IMG/VR virus record: IMGVR_UViG_3300006076_000419
Coordinates: 1-27,740 of that record
Strand: one strand, 5' to 3'
Length of the DNA: 27,740 nucleotides
Origin: a virus
Lineage: Duplodnaviria > Caudoviricetes
In this document: one piece after another, positions 25,242-27,740 of the stretch
How positions within the stretch are numbered: position 1 is the stretch's first letter
How the letters are laid out: each line of letters opens with the position of its first letter
The notes under the pieces: generated by a model
What the model was told of the DNA's origin: nothing
What the model saw: only the letters and a program-made list of their open reading frames with translations
Databases searched by the model: none
Program-made: the position numbers and the translations under genes

Positions 25242-25764
25242 GCTGCCCCCCTTGAGTATCTTCATCCAGAGGGAGGTAGCGGGACTCCAGCGGCTGCCAT
25301 ACCAGCCAATGCTCGATAGGTCGCATCATTTGTTGGCGCTGCTCCTTGTTCAGGACGCTATCAAGTGCCCGCCGAACAACGGGATTGTAATAACGGAAGA
25401 GTGACTTTCTACCGTCGGTTAGCCGAGTGAACAGAAGCGAGCCAAGATGCTGGGACAGAACCTCGAAGCTCTTGGTGCTCAGTAGCCATGACACCAGGGG
25501 TTCTTTGCGGTCTCGGTCTACGAGCCAGTTCTGCAAATCGCTACGCTCTTCCAGCTGAACAAGAGCTGGTCCACCTTGCTTGATCGCATCTAACTCCGTG
25601 CCGTCCAACAGCCACTGCCATCTATCAGAGGCTTGATCTAACCGTTTACCCAAAGTCAAGTAGCGAGCCCCGTCTACAAGCGCGAAAAGCTTAAGCCCTG
25701 GCTTGTCCGAGAGGCGTATCCGCAGTTCGTCTTCGATACTGCGAAAGCCGTTGGTCATACTCAT
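25234..25764 (-). CDS. DUF4123 T6SS effector chaperone (TecT-like)
   Basis: 'LFALVDGA', 'GPALVQL', 'L.QHL.SLL....DG..SLFRYY.P'; ATGA overlap with PAAR stop. Confidence 0.85.
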   Translation of the reverse strand: MSMTNGFRSIEDELRIRLSDKPGLKLFALVDGARYLTLGKRLDQASDRWQWLLDGTELDAIKQGGPALVQLEERSDLQNWLVDRDRKEPLVSWLLSTKSFEVLSQHLGSLLFTRLTDGRKSLFRYYNPVVRRALDSVLNKEQRQQMMRPIEHWLVWQPLESRYLPLDEDTQGGQHA

Positions 25765-26168
25765 CCCCGGACTCCGATTGATTCCAGCGGTACGAATGTT
25801 TGGTTGCGACTGGCAGCGAGAAGTAAGCAGGGCAAGCAAATCTTTGGAGCCATGGGCACAGCAAGCGGAGTCGTAAAGGCGGCAGCCGCATGTGTATTGC
25901 CGATGATTACTGTTCCCGACCCACCGACTACCACATTCCCGTGACTCCCTGTGCTGCCTAGTGTTGCGACGGGCAATCCGTCGATAAACACATTGGCAAC
26001 AAGGTTGCCCACCAGCGCTGAGCCGCAAGCAGTGGGGTCGCCTTGGCGGGCCGCTGGCAAACCATCGAATAGGACGTCTGGGGAGCCAGAAACGATGGGG
26101 TTGGTGCCATGGCCTGGCAGTGGGCAGGCAGTCGGATCGGTAACTCGTGCTGCTGGTTTTCCACTCAT
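25761..26168 (-). CDS. PAAR-domain T6SS spike tip protein with C-terminal tail
   Basis: 'KPAARVTDPTACP..GHG', 'LPAARQGD', 'HG', C-terminal 'KICLPCL' extension. Confidence 0.93.
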   Translation of the reverse strand: MSGKPAARVTDPTACPLPGHGTNPIVSGSPDVLFDGLPAARQGDPTACGSALVGNLVANVFIDGLPVATLGSTGSHGNVVVGGSGTVIIGNTHAAAAFTTPLAVPMAPKICLPCLLLAASRNQTFVPLESIGVRG

Positions 26169-26391
26169 TCTGCAGATCCTTGCATGAGCGCGAAGTCGCT
26201 TCGAAGACGATGGCCAGAGGAGCTGGCGGGTTATATCAAGAAGCCCGAATACGACTCGCTCCAGCCAGATTTCGCACGCGACCTTAGCAGGATGAAAGTG
26301 CGCAAAATATTGCGCGAATGGCCCCGGGGCAGCGAGATATGCGGGCTTGCTGAGAATGTAAGGAAATATTACTTTGCGTGAGCCTTAGTGT

Positions 26392-26473
26392 GGCTGGCGC
26401 CTGTGCGAGCAACCCGCAAGCTGCCGCACAGCGCCACGCCGATTGCCTATAGCCTGAACTCGGTGCGCCTGGC
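26392..26473. repeat. Direct repeat copy B (qslA 3' end plus downstream)
   Basis: Shares GCAAGCTGCCGCACAGCGCCA exactly with copy A; contains qslA stop. Confidence 0.85.
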
Positions 26474-26749
26474 CCCGTGCTCGCCACCCAAGGGTGAACA
26501 CAAACGCTGGTGGATGCGGCTGAGAAAGCCCAGCTCGAAGGCATGGCGCTGCGCACCCGGCGGGTACAGCTGGCGCTCCAGTAACAGGTTGGCCCAGAGC
26601 CAGCCGCTGTTGGCGTCGTCCAGCCAGGCCTGCGCGGTCTGCACGCCGTGGCCGAAGCTGGCCTGGCAATCTTCGCTCCAGCCGAAGTCCGCTGCTGGTT
26701 GCTCGTCATGGGCGGGCAGGTGGGTGAGGTGCCGTTGCAGCTCAATCAT
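26447..26749 (-). CDS. qslA: QslA-like quorum-sensing anti-activator
   Basis: 'F..GV..AQAWLD...SGWLWA.L..ER...P....RHAFELGFLSRIHQRL' matches recalled QslA family pattern; GAGG RBS. Confidence 0.72.
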   Translation of the reverse strand: MIELQRHLTHLPAHDEQPAADFGWSEDCQASFGHGVQTAQAWLDDANSGWLWANLLLERQLYPPGAQRHAFELGFLSRIHQRLCSPLGGEHGARRTEFRL

Positions 26750-26984
26750 GCTCGGCCCTCCCGGCTGCCTGGGCGATGGCTCGGCGATAGAGCACGACCA
26801 ACTCGCTCAGCAACGCATTGGTGGTGCTTGCCAACTCCGGCTCCGGCACCCGCCGCAACAGCTTGGCCAGCAACGCCGCCCGATACTCGGCAGCCGCCTG
26901 GTGCGGACACTCGTCGGCCACGTGGCTATGCAAGGGATTGCGTGGTGTAGGGAAGGGGATAACGACGGATTCAGACCTGGCCAT
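26742..26984 (-). CDS. Hypothetical 80-aa protein co-transcribed with qslA
   Basis: GGAGG RBS before ATG 26984; overlaps qslA start. Confidence 0.65.
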   Translation of the reverse strand: MARSESVVIPFPTPRNPLHSHVADECPHQAAAEYRAALLAKLLRRVPEPELASTTNALLSELVVLYRRAIAQAAGRAEHD

Positions 26985-27124
26985 GCGGTACCTCCAGAAC
27001 GGAAGTCGACACGACAACAGCCAGCAGCCCAGGGCGGAGCCCTTGGGTAAAAGGGGGATAGTGCATTTTCCTTATGCTCCTCGGACGATTTAAGGAGCCG
27101 CCATCCAACCTTCCTACGGGCGTG

Positions 27125-27204
27125 GGTGGCGGACCGTGCAAGGGTAGGAAACCGGCGTCCGAGGGAACCGGCCAGGCCGAGGCCTGCCTCACACGGCCCG
27201 CCAT
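27125..27204 (-). ncRNA. C4/CI-type antisense RNA
   Basis: Minus strand ATGGCGGGCCGTGTGAGG-CAGGCCTCGGCCTG-GCCGGTTCCCTCGGACGCCGG-TTTCCTAC-CCTTGCACGGTCCGCCACC; cloverleaf-like pairing; single-stranded parts complementary to flanking sites on both sides. Confidence 0.78.
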
Positions 27205-27320
27205 AAATGCACGAGAAAACAGCAGGCACAAAAAAAGCGCCTGCTCTCGATTATGGCGCTACCGCGCCCGGACAAAACGGGTTCCTACACCCGGTCACGG
27301 GATTGACCGTGACAGGGCGG

Positions 27321-27350
27321 ACTTTAACGTGGGGGGAGGGAGCAGGGCAA
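27321..27350 (-). promoter_or_regulatory. Candidate sigma70 promoter for the C4-qslA operon
   Basis: Minus strand TTGCCC-18 nt-TAAAGT. Confidence 0.4.
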
Positions 27351-27442
27351 GGTGTGTATCGGCAGCTATCGGCCAAAAGCGGTCATCAGGGCTGGCTTGA
27401 ATCGGGGCCGAAGGATTACGCTCTCAGCCCCATAATTGCTGG

Positions 27443-27740
27443 TCAGACAGTTACCACGATCTTGCCGATCTGCTGATTGGCTTCAAGGAAACGATGGGCA
27501 TCCTGGATGTCGCTAAGTGTGAATGTCTTTGCGATGATCGGGCGCAACGCACCGGACTCCAACCCTTGCAGAATAAAAGCCTTTGCTCTCTCTAGGGCTT
27601 CAGGGTCGGCCACAATCTCTGCGTAGAGATAGCCCTTCAAAGTCAGGCTTTTGCCCAGCACGGTAAACAGTGGGAATGGTGTCGGTTCAGAGCTAAGTGC
27701 GCCGTACTCCAGCAAAATTCCGCCCCGCGCCATGCTCTGC
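27443..27740 (-). CDS. Zn-dependent alcohol dehydrogenase/quinone oxidoreductase family, C-terminal part (partial)
   Basis: 'GG....YGALS', 'LRPIIAKTF.L.DIQDAHRFLEANQQIGKIVVTV'. Confidence 0.85.
   Translation of the reverse strand, partial: QSMARGGILLEYGALSSEPTPFPLFTVLGKSLTLKGYLYAEIVADPEALERAKAFILQGLESGALRPIIAKTFTLSDIQDAHRFLEANQQIGKIVVTV

Noticed and set aside
25765-26028. N-terminal extension of the DUF4123 ORF (264 aa)
   Set aside because: Overlaps the PAAR gene; ATG 25764 coupled to the PAAR stop is the better start
27074-27476. Plus-strand ORFs 27074-27400 and 27207-27476
   Set aside because: They overlap the structured C4-like RNA leader and show no protein-family features

Overview
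Pseudomonas-type (~65% GC) chromosomal window in two parts. (1) 1-~17940 is the right arm of a long non-contractile-tailed prophage: head-tail joining genes, tail tube, a DUF4124-like moron, tail chaperone with a candidate -1 frameshift, tape measure, tail tip and fibre genes, a complete diversity-generating retroelement (DGR), endolysin with nested spanins, and a small HTH operon. The DGR comprises a C-type-lectin/Mtd-like fibre with VR at 14078-14196, a GATA-loop hairpin, avd, TR at 14641-14759 and an RT; all 14 VR/TR mismatches fall on TR adenines. The prophage ends at an att-like junction holding the stranded first 10 codons of an ABC-F ATPase (ybiT-like) gene. (2) ~18000-27740 is accessory DNA: a Fur-boxed FecI/FecR/TonB-receptor/esterase siderophore cassette, an orphan PAAR-DUF4123-co-chaperone-Tox-REase-5-Imm52 T6SS effector operon bracketed by ~82-bp diverged direct repeats of the qslA 3' end, a QslA-like anti-activator operon downstream of a C4/CI-type antisense RNA, and the 3' end of a Zn-ADH/quinone oxidoreductase gene. 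Family assignments come from motif recognition by eye; no database searches were run.
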